From positions 992,859 to 1,056,858 of the forward strand of contig OZ246402.1 in the NCBI GenBank assembly GCA_965230975.1: a stretch of DNA of 64,000 bases, in the 5' to 3' direction. The position numbers and the translations under genes are program-made. The stretch's first letter is position 1, and every line of letters begins with the position of its first letter. Shown here one piece after another: positions 47,791 to 57,000 of this stretch. This DNA is from an uncultured Candidatus Saccharibacteria bacterium (GTDB taxonomy: Bacteria; Patescibacteriota; Dojkabacteria; J137). A model generated the notes under the pieces. That model saw nothing but the letters and a program-made list of their open reading frames with translations, had not been told where the DNA came from and made no database searches.

Positions 47791-48678
47791 TTAGGAGACT
47801 GACTTCAAAAAATCCTGAGTACTCAGGATTTTTTGTTTTCTATTAATCCCTAACCTAACTATTCCTTTTCCTAAAATATTGCCATTCTGATTAATTAAAT
47901 TGCTGTAAATTTTATCAAAGAAAATATATCTTTCTTTAAAATCTGAATAAATTCCAAAATCAACATATTGCCTAAACACATTATATCCGCACAGATCTGC
48001 CATCTGCAAAAAGTTCTCACTAGAAGACTTTTTAAAATTTATATCTATAATATTTTTATAATTAAGTTTGAAATCTATCTTAAAATTTTCGCTTTTAGAA
48101 TATACTCGAAACATATCTCCATTCTTACCCTTTGTCTTTTTAAGATTATTTTCCATTTGATCTATAACAACTTCGAGTGGCTTGTTTAAAAACGTAAGTC
48201 TTTCAAACATAACCTGTGTGGATTTAAGAAAAGGATTACCATCTGATTTTGATCTATTCTTTTCAGTAAAAGCCATTTTATTAAAAACTACCGATAAAAC
48301 TTTAATATCATTATTCGAACTAATTAATTGGTAATATTCATTTATAAAATTTATTAAATCAGCTTTTTGAATATTGTATATATCTAGATAATGTTCTTTA
48401 ACTTTAGTAGGATTCCGAAACCAAACTGATTTAAGTTCTACCTTAGTAGTTTTAAAATATTTAAACTTAAGCAGGTTAACAGATTTATTAATTGTAGGAA
48501 TAGCATTTACATCTATTATTACTGCTGTCAAAACGAAAAAATTTCTTTCTGCAAAACCTCTATATTTACGCCAGTCCTTCAATATATTTTCCCATCGTGG
48601 ATTATATGGATCAGAATAAGATTTACCACCAGTATCATCTATAAATGCTTTGTATTTAGGTTTTGTTTTTGGATTCAT
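47791..48678 (-). CDS. hypothetical protein (possibly DUF3800-like)
   Basis: 295 aa. The N-terminal KYKAFIDDTGG resembles the hfIDESG start of DUF3800 proteins. Weak. Confidence 0.3.
   Translation of the reverse strand: MNPKTKPKYKAFIDDTGGKSYSDPYNPRWENILKDWRKYRGFAERNFFVLTAVIIDVNAIPTINKSVNLLKFKYFKTTKVELKSVWFRNPTKVKEHYLDIYNIQKADLINFINEYYQLISSNNDIKVLSVVFNKMAFTEKNRSKSDGNPFLKSTQVMFERLTFLNKPLEVVIDQMENNLKKTKGKNGDMFRVYSKSENFKIDFKLNYKNIIDINFKKSSSENFLQMADLCGYNVFRQYVDFGIYSDFKERYIFFDKIYSNLINQNGNILGKGIVRLGINRKQKILSTQDFLKSVS
47806..47833. terminator. perfect palindromic bidirectional terminator (aaaaaatcctgagt actcaggatttttt)
   Basis: 10-bp perfect inverted repeat flanked by A6 and T6. It overlaps the last 14 codons of the minus-strand ORF 47791..48678. 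Confidence 0.5.
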
Positions 48679-48712
48679 AGTTAATAATCAATATTACCAA
48701 GGATATACCAAT

Positions 48713-49222
48713 TTAGGCTATTATCTGACTTTGGAGCTCTATTAAATTACCTTTCTCAAACTTAGCAGCCATATATAAGTTTCCTGGATTAGTTGAAGTT
48801 ATAAATTCTAAATAATGTTGAATAGGTGGAAATATTATTTTAGATTCTAATACTTCATTAATATCAAACCACTTGCATTCTCCTTCATCCGTACTGATAG
48901 GTTCAACATAATTATCTAGTTTTGCTAAAAATCCATAAATAAGCCATATTTGATCTTTATCAATGTGATGATTTATTGCAGAAACTTTAAGTTTAGTATT
49001 CTCATTACCAACAGATACACCTGTCTCTTCTTTAATTTCCCTTATAACTGCTGTTAATACATCTTCTCCATAGTCTACGTGACCTCCAGGAAAAGTCCAA
49101 TAACCCGGAAAGTTTTTTACGTTATCTGGTCTTTTTTGAAGTAAAACTTTATTTTCAAATCTAACACAACATTCTACAGCGATTCTAATATTAGCAACCT
49201 GGTGTAAAGAAACTGGTTTCAT
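48713..49222 (-). CDS. Nudix hydrolase
   Basis: GGHVDYGEDVLTAVIREIKEETGV is a perfect Nudix box (Gx5Ex7REUxEExGU). Confidence 0.8.
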   Translation of the reverse strand: MKPVSLHQVANIRIAVECCVRFENKVLLQKRPDNVKNFPGYWTFPGGHVDYGEDVLTAVIREIKEETGVSVGNENTKLKVSAINHHIDKDQIWLIYGFLAKLDNYVEPISTDEGECKWFDINEVLESKIIFPPIQHYLEFITSTNPGNLYMAAKFEKGNLIELQSQIIA

Positions 49223-49265
49223 AATTTCAAAAAATATTTATTTAAAATGCTTACTATAAATTAAT

Positions 49266-49817
49266 TTATATATTTGTTTTAATACATCTTACAACATCTT
49301 CAACATTCACATAAAGCACACCTCCGTATCTCGAAACTCCTTTATTTGAATAAAAACGCATAATAGCATCATTTTGGGCATCATGAATAAACAAAGGGCA
49401 GTGATCCATTTTTGATAATACAACTGGCTTATCTTGACCTGGGATTCTTACCACCATTCCCATGTGTGTAAAATAATAATAAGGATGATTCGTTTCCTCC
49501 AAAACACCGCAATCTGAAAAATATAAAGCAATTTGAGGGGCAGAATATGTATCAGGCAAGTTAAAATAGAATGGAATTTCTCCATTATCAACTGATTGGG
49601 AAACTATAGATACAAATAATTCCCAATCTATATTTAAATCTAATTTAAGAACATTATTTAAATGTGCCAAAACATACTGAGAGCAATGCATCTCAAGGCT
49701 TGCAGAACCGACAAGTATTAAGCCCAAACTTTTCAAAAAAGAGACCTGCAATTCGGTAAGAGTAGGGTAGTTATTAGATTCTAAATAGTTAAAGAGCTCC
49801 TTTAATTCTTGCTGCAT
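49266..49817 (-). CDS. hypothetical protein (183 aa; possible Cys/His hydrolase)
   Basis: Conserved-looking MHCSQY and THMGMV segments could be a Cys-His dyad. Speculative. Confidence 0.25.
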   Translation of the reverse strand: MQQELKELFNYLESNNYPTLTELQVSFLKSLGLILVGSASLEMHCSQYVLAHLNNVLKLDLNIDWELFVSIVSQSVDNGEIPFYFNLPDTYSAPQIALYFSDCGVLEETNHPYYYFTHMGMVVRIPGQDKPVVLSKMDHCPLFIHDAQNDAIMRFYSNKGVSRYGGVLYVNVEDVVRCIKTNI

Positions 49818-51335
49818 TTATCCCTCCTCTTGAATTGGTGCTAAAGAATAATGAAGTCTTGGCAACTTACCACCCGAACTAGATACTTTTTCTAGGTATG
49901 CCATTCTTGTTGGGCCAGCATACTCATTAACAACCGGTGGTCTATCTAATTCATTAGGCTTATCTAAATAATCTAATATTAAAAGTAGATGACTACGTAA
50001 CTCATTAAAAATAGATTCTAATTCTTTAATATTTTTATGCAAGTACTTATACTTTTCTTTAAAAGTCTCATAGTCTTGAATTTTATTTGAGTTATCTTTT
50101 AAAAATTTAAAGAGAGCTTGCAACATCTCTTCGTAATTAAATCCGTTCTCATGAAATATGTCCAATGCAGAGCTATTAAAAGTAACGCTTCTTTGTAAAC
50201 TAGTTCCAATTTGAATAAGTTCTAGCTTAAATAATTCTGTCATGTGTGCAACAAGCAAATTTAAATCTGCTCTTAATTTATTGGCCTCTTTATCTGAAAA
50301 GTTATATTTGCCAGTTTTTGGATCAATTTCTAGCCAGTTAGGCAACTTACTGTAATATAATTTGTAAGCGGTTAAAACGGTTTTCATTCCCTCAAAAGTG
50401 GGAATACTTCTTTCAAATCTATCACCATTGACCTGAGATGCCCCTTTTTGAAATGGACGCACATAACTTAAGCTGTTATCTAAAGAGTTATAGCCATCTA
50501 ATAACGCTATATCAGATAACCAACTTGAAACTAACTGCCTTTCATTTTCAGACACAACATCTTTTAATAAATAGGCATGTAAGGCAATTCTTAAAATATC
50601 TAAATCTAGAGGGTATTTAGAAATCTCTAATAAGTCTATTAAGTTAATTGTTTGCGCAGATCTTACTGCTTTTCTAATTAATAAAATGGATTCTGTTAAT
50701 CTTCCATAACTATTTGAGCCTCCTCTAAGCAAAACTTGGGATTCGGCATAATCTACTGGGATAAGTTTTGCCAAATCTGACCTTATTTGAGCTTCCCATA
50801 ATTTCGCCTGTGCAAAATCAAACTCTTTATGAGACCGAGCTACTGATTCAATTACCTTTGATAATAAGACATTAGAGACAATGTATTTAGATACAACAAA
50901 GGATAAAAATCTTATATATAGCTTTGGTCCACTGACAACTTGGCCTAAAACCAAGCGAGTTGTTATTTGCCTATAGATTAGTTTATCTAATTGGGGTAAA
51001 TCTTCAGAATGTAATGCATTTTGGTACCCATTGTCGCAACCAGGTAATACAATAGCTGCAACCAAATAATCTTCTGCTTCGGGTATTTCTACTAATTTCA
51101 AACCTGGAGTCATTAGTAACTCTTCTTTTGAAAGTGTGACTCCTGAGATTCTAACAGCACTATTGAGCCTTAAAGAAGCTTCATTTGGGAATAAAGGGTT
51201 AAACTCCAATTTATTTGCTAGTTGTAAATTTCTTGTTTGTAATTCTATGACTTCACTTGCCATGCAAGGATTATAGCGCACAAAAGGTATTTTTATATAA
51301 TAGTAAACGATTTTAAAAAGAATCTTATTGCTCAC
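49818..51335 (-). CDS. hypothetical protein (505 aa)
   Basis: Long ORF abutting the downstream gene (stop and start adjacent). The true start is possibly the internal Met MASEV. Confidence 0.3.
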   Translation of the reverse strand: MSNKILFKIVYYYIKIPFVRYNPCMASEVIELQTRNLQLANKLEFNPLFPNEASLRLNSAVRISGVTLSKEELLMTPGLKLVEIPEAEDYLVAAIVLPGCDNGYQNALHSEDLPQLDKLIYRQITTRLVLGQVVSGPKLYIRFLSFVVSKYIVSNVLLSKVIESVARSHKEFDFAQAKLWEAQIRSDLAKLIPVDYAESQVLLRGGSNSYGRLTESILLIRKAVRSAQTINLIDLLEISKYPLDLDILRIALHAYLLKDVVSENERQLVSSWLSDIALLDGYNSLDNSLSYVRPFQKGASQVNGDRFERSIPTFEGMKTVLTAYKLYYSKLPNWLEIDPKTGKYNFSDKEANKLRADLNLLVAHMTELFKLELIQIGTSLQRSVTFNSSALDIFHENGFNYEEMLQALFKFLKDNSNKIQDYETFKEKYKYLHKNIKELESIFNELRSHLLLILDYLDKPNELDRPPVVNEYAGPTRMAYLEKVSSSGGKLPRLHYSLAPIQEEG

Positions 51336-51494
51336 TTATATTTCACCGTATCAACACTAAACCTTCACCTTATTTAAGCTATCCTTTCACTAACAATTTA
51401 AGTAGGCTCCAACTTAAATTAAATTGTTAACAACTGGATTTATATTAAAGTTCTTGTTTAAAAGCAAAAAAATGCACAAGAACCAAAATTAAAT

Positions 51495-52076
51495 TTGGTG
51501 AAATTTATTTTTTACAAAACAATTATGAAGACAAAACACTTGGTAGCAGCTGGAGTAGCAAGCATAGCGCTAGGAGGCGTAGCAATTTTACCTTTTGCAG
51601 TAGTATCTGCAGACGAAGTTTCTAGCACAACAGCAACAACTTTTGTTCAAAAGTTAGCAGAAAAGCTAGGGATAAATGTAGAAACTGTACAGACAGCAGT
51701 AGAATCTACTCGTACAGAAATTCGAGATGCTAGAGAAGCTGAAAGAGAAACCGCAATTGCTGATGCAGTAACTGCGGGTACTTTAACTCAAAGGCAAGCT
51801 GATATATTGAATGCAATTGACGAGGCCATGCAAACAATACGCGGCAGCATGACCCAAGAACAAAGAGAAGCAGAACGTGAAGCAAACCAAGGCCTAACTA
51901 TGGAAGAGAGAAAAAATAAGATGGAAACTGAACTTGTAACTGCACTTAACAATGCTGGTTTAAATACAACAGCAGATGAGTTAACAGCAACAAGAGATGC
52001 CGCTAGAGATGCTGACATTATGCCAGCGGGCAAAGGAGGCAGAGGTGGATTTGGAGGACCAGGAATGGGACTTTAA
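51495..52076 (+). CDS. secreted Ala/Glu/Thr-rich helical protein with Gly-rich C-terminus
   Basis: Signal/TM segment (LVAAGVASIALGGVAILPFAVVSA). C-terminal AGKGGRGGFGGPGMGL. Locally elevated GC relative to its surroundings. Confidence 0.35.
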   Translation: MVKFIFYKTIMKTKHLVAAGVASIALGGVAILPFAVVSADEVSSTTATTFVQKLAEKLGINVETVQTAVESTRTEIRDAREAERETAIADAVTAGTLTQRQADILNAIDEAMQTIRGSMTQEQREAEREANQGLTMEERKNKMETELVTALNNAGLNTTADELTATRDAARDADIMPAGKGGRGGFGGPGMGL

Positions 52077-52361
52077 ATTTACTATCCCTACAGTCCTAAC
52101 TGGGCTGTAGGGAAACCTTCTATACTTCAATTAAAATTCATAATGTGAATTTTGGTTGCAGTATAAATCCCCACAAAACTTCAAAAACACTTCAAGAGAG
52201 GCAGGCAAAGCCCTCACTTAATCGTTAATTTAATCTTAAGTTAGTAATAATTTTAAAAACCAAATTAAAACTTGAAAATTAACCAGGAAAAGGGACATCG
52301 ACCCACTTTTTATTGACTTTAAAATCTGCAGTGCTAACATCATTACATTTAAATTACTAAT

Positions 52362-52739
52362 ATGACAGCAAACATTAACGGCTCTTTTTCAGATTTAGCA
52401 ACAGGCATTTATGGTTATTTAGGATTTAATTCAGAATTACCTCCTCTTGAAGAATTAATTAGCACTTTTCCGCAATCCCAATCTTTTGAAGATAGAACAA
52501 ATTTTCAAAATATACTATTTCCAGTTTTATGGAAATATTTATATGCCAAAGAAAAAGCTGTGCACAGACAAGAGAATGATGCTTCTATTACTCAAAACTT
52601 AAAGTCAAATTTAAGAAATCTATTAAGAAGTGACTATATGCGTTTAAGAAGTTTTTTAATTGCTAATGGAATAGAGCAAATCCCTGTGCAAGACTTTACA
52701 GCTTTTTGTACATGGATAGAAATGACAGAAGAAAACTAG
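52362..52739 (+). CDS. hypothetical protein (125 aa)
   Basis: ORF only. Confidence 0.3.
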   Translation: MTANINGSFSDLATGIYGYLGFNSELPPLEELISTFPQSQSFEDRTNFQNILFPVLWKYLYAKEKAVHRQENDASITQNLKSNLRNLLRSDYMRLRSFLIANGIEQIPVQDFTAFCTWIEMTEEN

Positions 52740-52766
52740 CAGTGTGAAATTTAGTCAAATTAAGAA

Positions 52767-52840
52767 TGAGCGCTGAGGGATTCGAACCCCCGACCCTTTC
52801 GGTGTAAACGAAATGCTCTAGCCAGCTGAGCTAAGCGCTC
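52767..52840 (-). tRNA. tRNA-Val (anticodon UAC); no encoded CCA
   Basis: The reverse complement GAGCGCT-TA-GCTC-AGCTGGCTA-GAGC-A-TTTCG-TTTACAC-CGAAA-GGGTC-GGGGG-TTCGAAT-CCCTC-AGCGCTC-A folds as a canonical cloverleaf with a 7-bp acceptor stem, U8, G18G19, T-loop TTCGAAT, and anticodon TAC. Confidence 0.85.
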
Positions 52841-53035
52841 CCTTAAATATAACTTAATTTTATCATATAAATTTTGCATAAGCCATAGTTAACAACTAAT
52901 TATTTTTATTATTATTTGTTATGCAGTAATGATTTTTAAAATAATTAAGATTGACACTTACAACCGAATCATCTAAATTAGAGTATGCATTTTCGTATCG
53001 AAAATTTTTAGTATATCTATATCCAAACTTGCAAC

Positions 53036-54010
53036 ATGGCAAAAACATTAAGTCATAACAAACCAGGGTTCTTTAAAAAGTTAAAGAACCCATTAATAAT
53101 TATAATAATCCTATTATTAGCAACAAATTTACTAACTTTTTTATACTATAAACCTCTAGTAGAAAATCCATTTGAAAATTATAAAAACCCTTACCCATAC
53201 ATAGATTTATCTAGAAGTTTTATAGATCAAGAAAACTTTATTGTTAACTTACAACCTTTAAGGGAATCTTTAGCATCAATTTATAAAGAACATGGAGAAG
53301 ATAAAATTGCACTATATGTTGAATTTCTAAATAGTGGTGCAAATATCTCTTACAATCAAGATGCAAGATATTACCCGGCCAGTTTAATTAAAATGCCTGT
53401 TGCAATCGCAGCGGTAAAAAGAATACAAGATGGATACTGGAATTGGGATAGTAAACTTGTAATTTTTGATGAAGATGTAGATACAAAATTTGGGACAATT
53501 GGCAATTTACCAATTGGAACAAGGTTAACAATTGAAGAGCTTTTAAAAGAGCTATTAACAAAATCAGATAATACTGCATATAAAATGCTATTACGGAATC
53601 TTGGCGCAGGGCCGGTAAATGATTTTCTAACAGAAACTGGTCTAGTAGAATTTTTCGACCAAGATTTAAACATTACTGCAAAAGAATATACAAGGCTTTT
53701 TAGATCTTTATACACTTCAAGCTACTTAAAAAGAGAGTACTCACAAAAGATTCTTAATTTATTAAGCTTAAGTGAAAGAAACTATTTAGGGCAAGCAATA
53801 CCAGCAGATATTATTTATTCGCACAAATTTGGTGAAAATGTTACTGAAAAAATATTTGCCGACTCGGGCATAGTCTACATTCCAGAAAGGCCTTACATTA
53901 TTACTGTATTGTACAAAGGCGGCAGTGAAGATGACAAAATGACCACAGATGCCTTTTTTTATAAAATAAGTAATACTGTTTATAAATTCTTTAACGAATA
54001 CAATAAGTGA
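53036..54010 (+). CDS. membrane-anchored class A beta-lactamase-like / PBP-fold serine hydrolase
   Basis: SxxK (ASLIK) and SDN (KSDNTAYKML) motifs, plus an N-terminal TM helix. The stop overlaps the GTG start of the giant gene (GTGA). Confidence 0.55.
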   Translation: MAKTLSHNKPGFFKKLKNPLIIIIILLLATNLLTFLYYKPLVENPFENYKNPYPYIDLSRSFIDQENFIVNLQPLRESLASIYKEHGEDKIALYVEFLNSGANISYNQDARYYPASLIKMPVAIAAVKRIQDGYWNWDSKLVIFDEDVDTKFGTIGNLPIGTRLTIEELLKELLTKSDNTAYKMLLRNLGAGPVNDFLTETGLVEFFDQDLNITAKEYTRLFRSLYTSSYLKREYSQKILNLLSLSERNYLGQAIPADIIYSHKFGENVTEKIFADSGIVYIPERPYIITVLYKGGSEDDKMTTDAFFYKISNTVYKFFNEYNK

Positions 54011-57000
54011 TTATAAAACGAAAAATTTTAAAAAAAATCATTACTATTGTTATTGTAACAATCCTTAGTCTAATGGCTATCTTTCCGGCAGATATATTAT
54101 TGCAACAAGTTAAACTAGCATTAATAGATAGTGATATTGTTGATACACTATATTGGGCAAATAAAGATACTGGGATAATTGACTCTTTGCTAGATGGCGA
54201 TTTAGTACAAAAGGTAAATGCAGCGGACCCACCTCCAAATGGGTTTTATATAAAAACAGGTGTTTTTTTAGGAAATGCGGCTCCAAAGACAATAAGTGGG
54301 CTTGGTTTCTCTCCAGATTTAGTTATTTTAAAGCCAGATACTACTGCAGGAGCGGGGGCCATATTTAAAACAAAAGCGATGTCTATTCTCAATGTGTCTT
54401 ACTTTGTTGCTACAGCCCAAACAAGTGCTGGAGCAATACAACTTGAAGAAGATGGTTTTACAGCTAGCACGACTACTAGCAACAACGCAAACATACCCAC
54501 TACCTGGACAGCATTTGGAGGTTCTAACTGCACATCAACAGGAGTTTTTTGTACAGGCACTTATATTGGTAGTGGGACTGCAACAAAATCAATTTCAACG
54601 GGGTTCCAACCAGATTTAGTATGGGTAAAAAGATCTACTGCGGTATCGGGTACATTTAGAACATCCTCAATGGGTACAAATGTGGGGCAGTACTTTACCG
54701 CAACCGCTCAAGATACAACAGGGGTTTTATTTACTACTCTTGATTCTGGAGGGTTTACTGTAGGCTCAACAAATAATACATCAACCGGAATTTTTTATTA
54801 TGTTGCTTTCAAAAATGTATCTGGGGCAATAAATGTAGGTAGCTATACTGGAAATGCTACCGATAATAGAAATATAACTGGGGTTGGGTTCACGCCAGAC
54901 CTTGTAATAACTAAAAACTCGGCTACAACAGTTGCACCTGTATTTAATGTAAAAGGTTCAAATGGTGATCACACAAGTCATTTTACCGATACTGCTAAAT
55001 TTGTTAATGGCATTCAAGCACTCCAAAGTGATGGATTTCAAATTGGGACAGATGCCACAGTAAATTCTAACTCAGTCGTATATTACTATGCAGCTTTTGG
55101 AGGGGCTGCTGGGCCATCCTCGGGTAGCGGAACTTTTAAAATGGCAACCGGTTCCTATACCGGAAACGGAGGCGTGCAAGTAATTCAAGGATTAGATTTT
55201 GAGCCAAACCTAGTTATTATTAAGGCCAATTCGGCTCAAACAGGAGTGTTTAGAACATCTGACATGAGTGGTGACCTTACAGCCGTACTAGATGGTGCCG
55301 CCTCGAATATTGCCAATGGTATAATCTCTTTAAATCCAGATGGGTTTACAGTAGGTTCAACTTCCAGAACAAATGCTGCCTCAACAACTTATTACTGGGA
55401 AGCTTTTGGCAATGCCTGGAGGCAAGACACAAATAGTGGAGCTTCTGATTTTTTTATTGGAACATATTATGGTAATGGGCTAGATAATAGAACAATAACA
55501 TTCTTACCGTTTCAAGCAGACCTTCTTGTAATAAAAGGCAACACAACTACAGCAGGTGTATTTAGAACCTCCGATATGAGCGGCGATTTAACCGGCTTCT
55601 TTGCTGCAACTGCAGAAACCACTAACAATATACAAGCAATTAGTTCTAACTCTTTTGAAGTTGGAAGTGGAACAAGTGTAAATTCCAATAATGTCATAAC
55701 TTATTACTTTGGCTTTAAAAATGGGTCAAATTTCAAAGTAGGAACCTATAGTGGTAATGGGACTAGCCAAACAATTTCTGCTGTTGGATTTCAGCCTGAT
55801 TACATATGGGTAAAACAAACTGGAGCAACAAGAGGAATAATGAGAAGTAACTTGGGAGCAACTGACTCAGCTTTTCCTTTCATAAACGCTACTAGTTTTA
55901 CCGGGGGAATCACGGGGATTGTAAGCAATGGATTCACCGTAGGTTCAGCAACAGAAACAAATGCTTCTGGAACAAATAATTATAGGTATATTGCATGGAA
56001 AAATAATTACACTCCACAGTCCAAATCTTATCAAATGAAAACCGGCTATTACATAGGTAACGGAGCTTATAAGCAAATTTCAGGTCTAGGATTCTCACCT
56101 GATCTAGTTATAATAAAATCTGACTCATCTACTACAGGGGCTCTTTTTAAAACAAAATCAATGCCTAACGGATCGACCTCTTATTTTATGGCAACAGCCG
56201 ACTCAACAGCAGGATTAGTAACACTTAAATCAGATGGCTTTATGGTATCTTCGACGGCTACAAGTACTAATATAAGATACACATGGGTAGCTTATAGTGG
56301 TTCAGATTGTACTTCTACAGGCATTTTTTGCACAAATACCTATATTGGGAGTGGTTCTTCGCCAAGAGCTATAACAGTAGTCGGGTTTCAATCTGATTTA
56401 ATAGTCGTTAAGCAAAATAGTACAACTAATGCTGTTTGGAGGTCTTCTAGCATGCCAAACAATTATGTCCAATACCTTTCTGCTACGGTTCAAGATACTA
56501 CAGGTAGCTATATTTCAACTATAGATTCCACGGGATTTACGATTGGTTCAGGAATGAATTCAACCTCTGTTTACTACCACTTTTTCACATTCAAAAATGT
56601 AACCGGCAGTATAAATGTGGGGACATATACTGGAAATGGCACAGACAATCGAAACATCACAGGTGTAGGATTTAAACCAAACTTTGTATTTCTAAAAAAT
56701 GCAGAAACTACGTCAGAAGGCGTGATGAACCTAGATGAATCTTATGGAGACTATTCTAGCTATTTCATCGCAACTGCAAATGTTGCAAACTCAATACAAG
56801 CTTTAATTTCTGATGGATTTCAAATAGGTACCCATGCAACAGCAAATACAAATCTAAACGTTCATTATTATGCCGCTTTTGGAGATGCAGAGGCAAATTC
56901 TGCAGGTACTGGATCATTTACAATGGCTACTGGTAGTTACACCGGAAATAGTGAGTATAAAATATTTATGGGATTAAGCTTTACACCCGATTTAATAATT

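Noticed and set aside
52084-52112. Hairpin ccctacag...ctgtaggg after gene 51495-52076 as a rho-independent terminator.
   Set aside because: The stem is reasonable but is followed by aaaccttc rather than a U tract. It is left as an uncertain structure.
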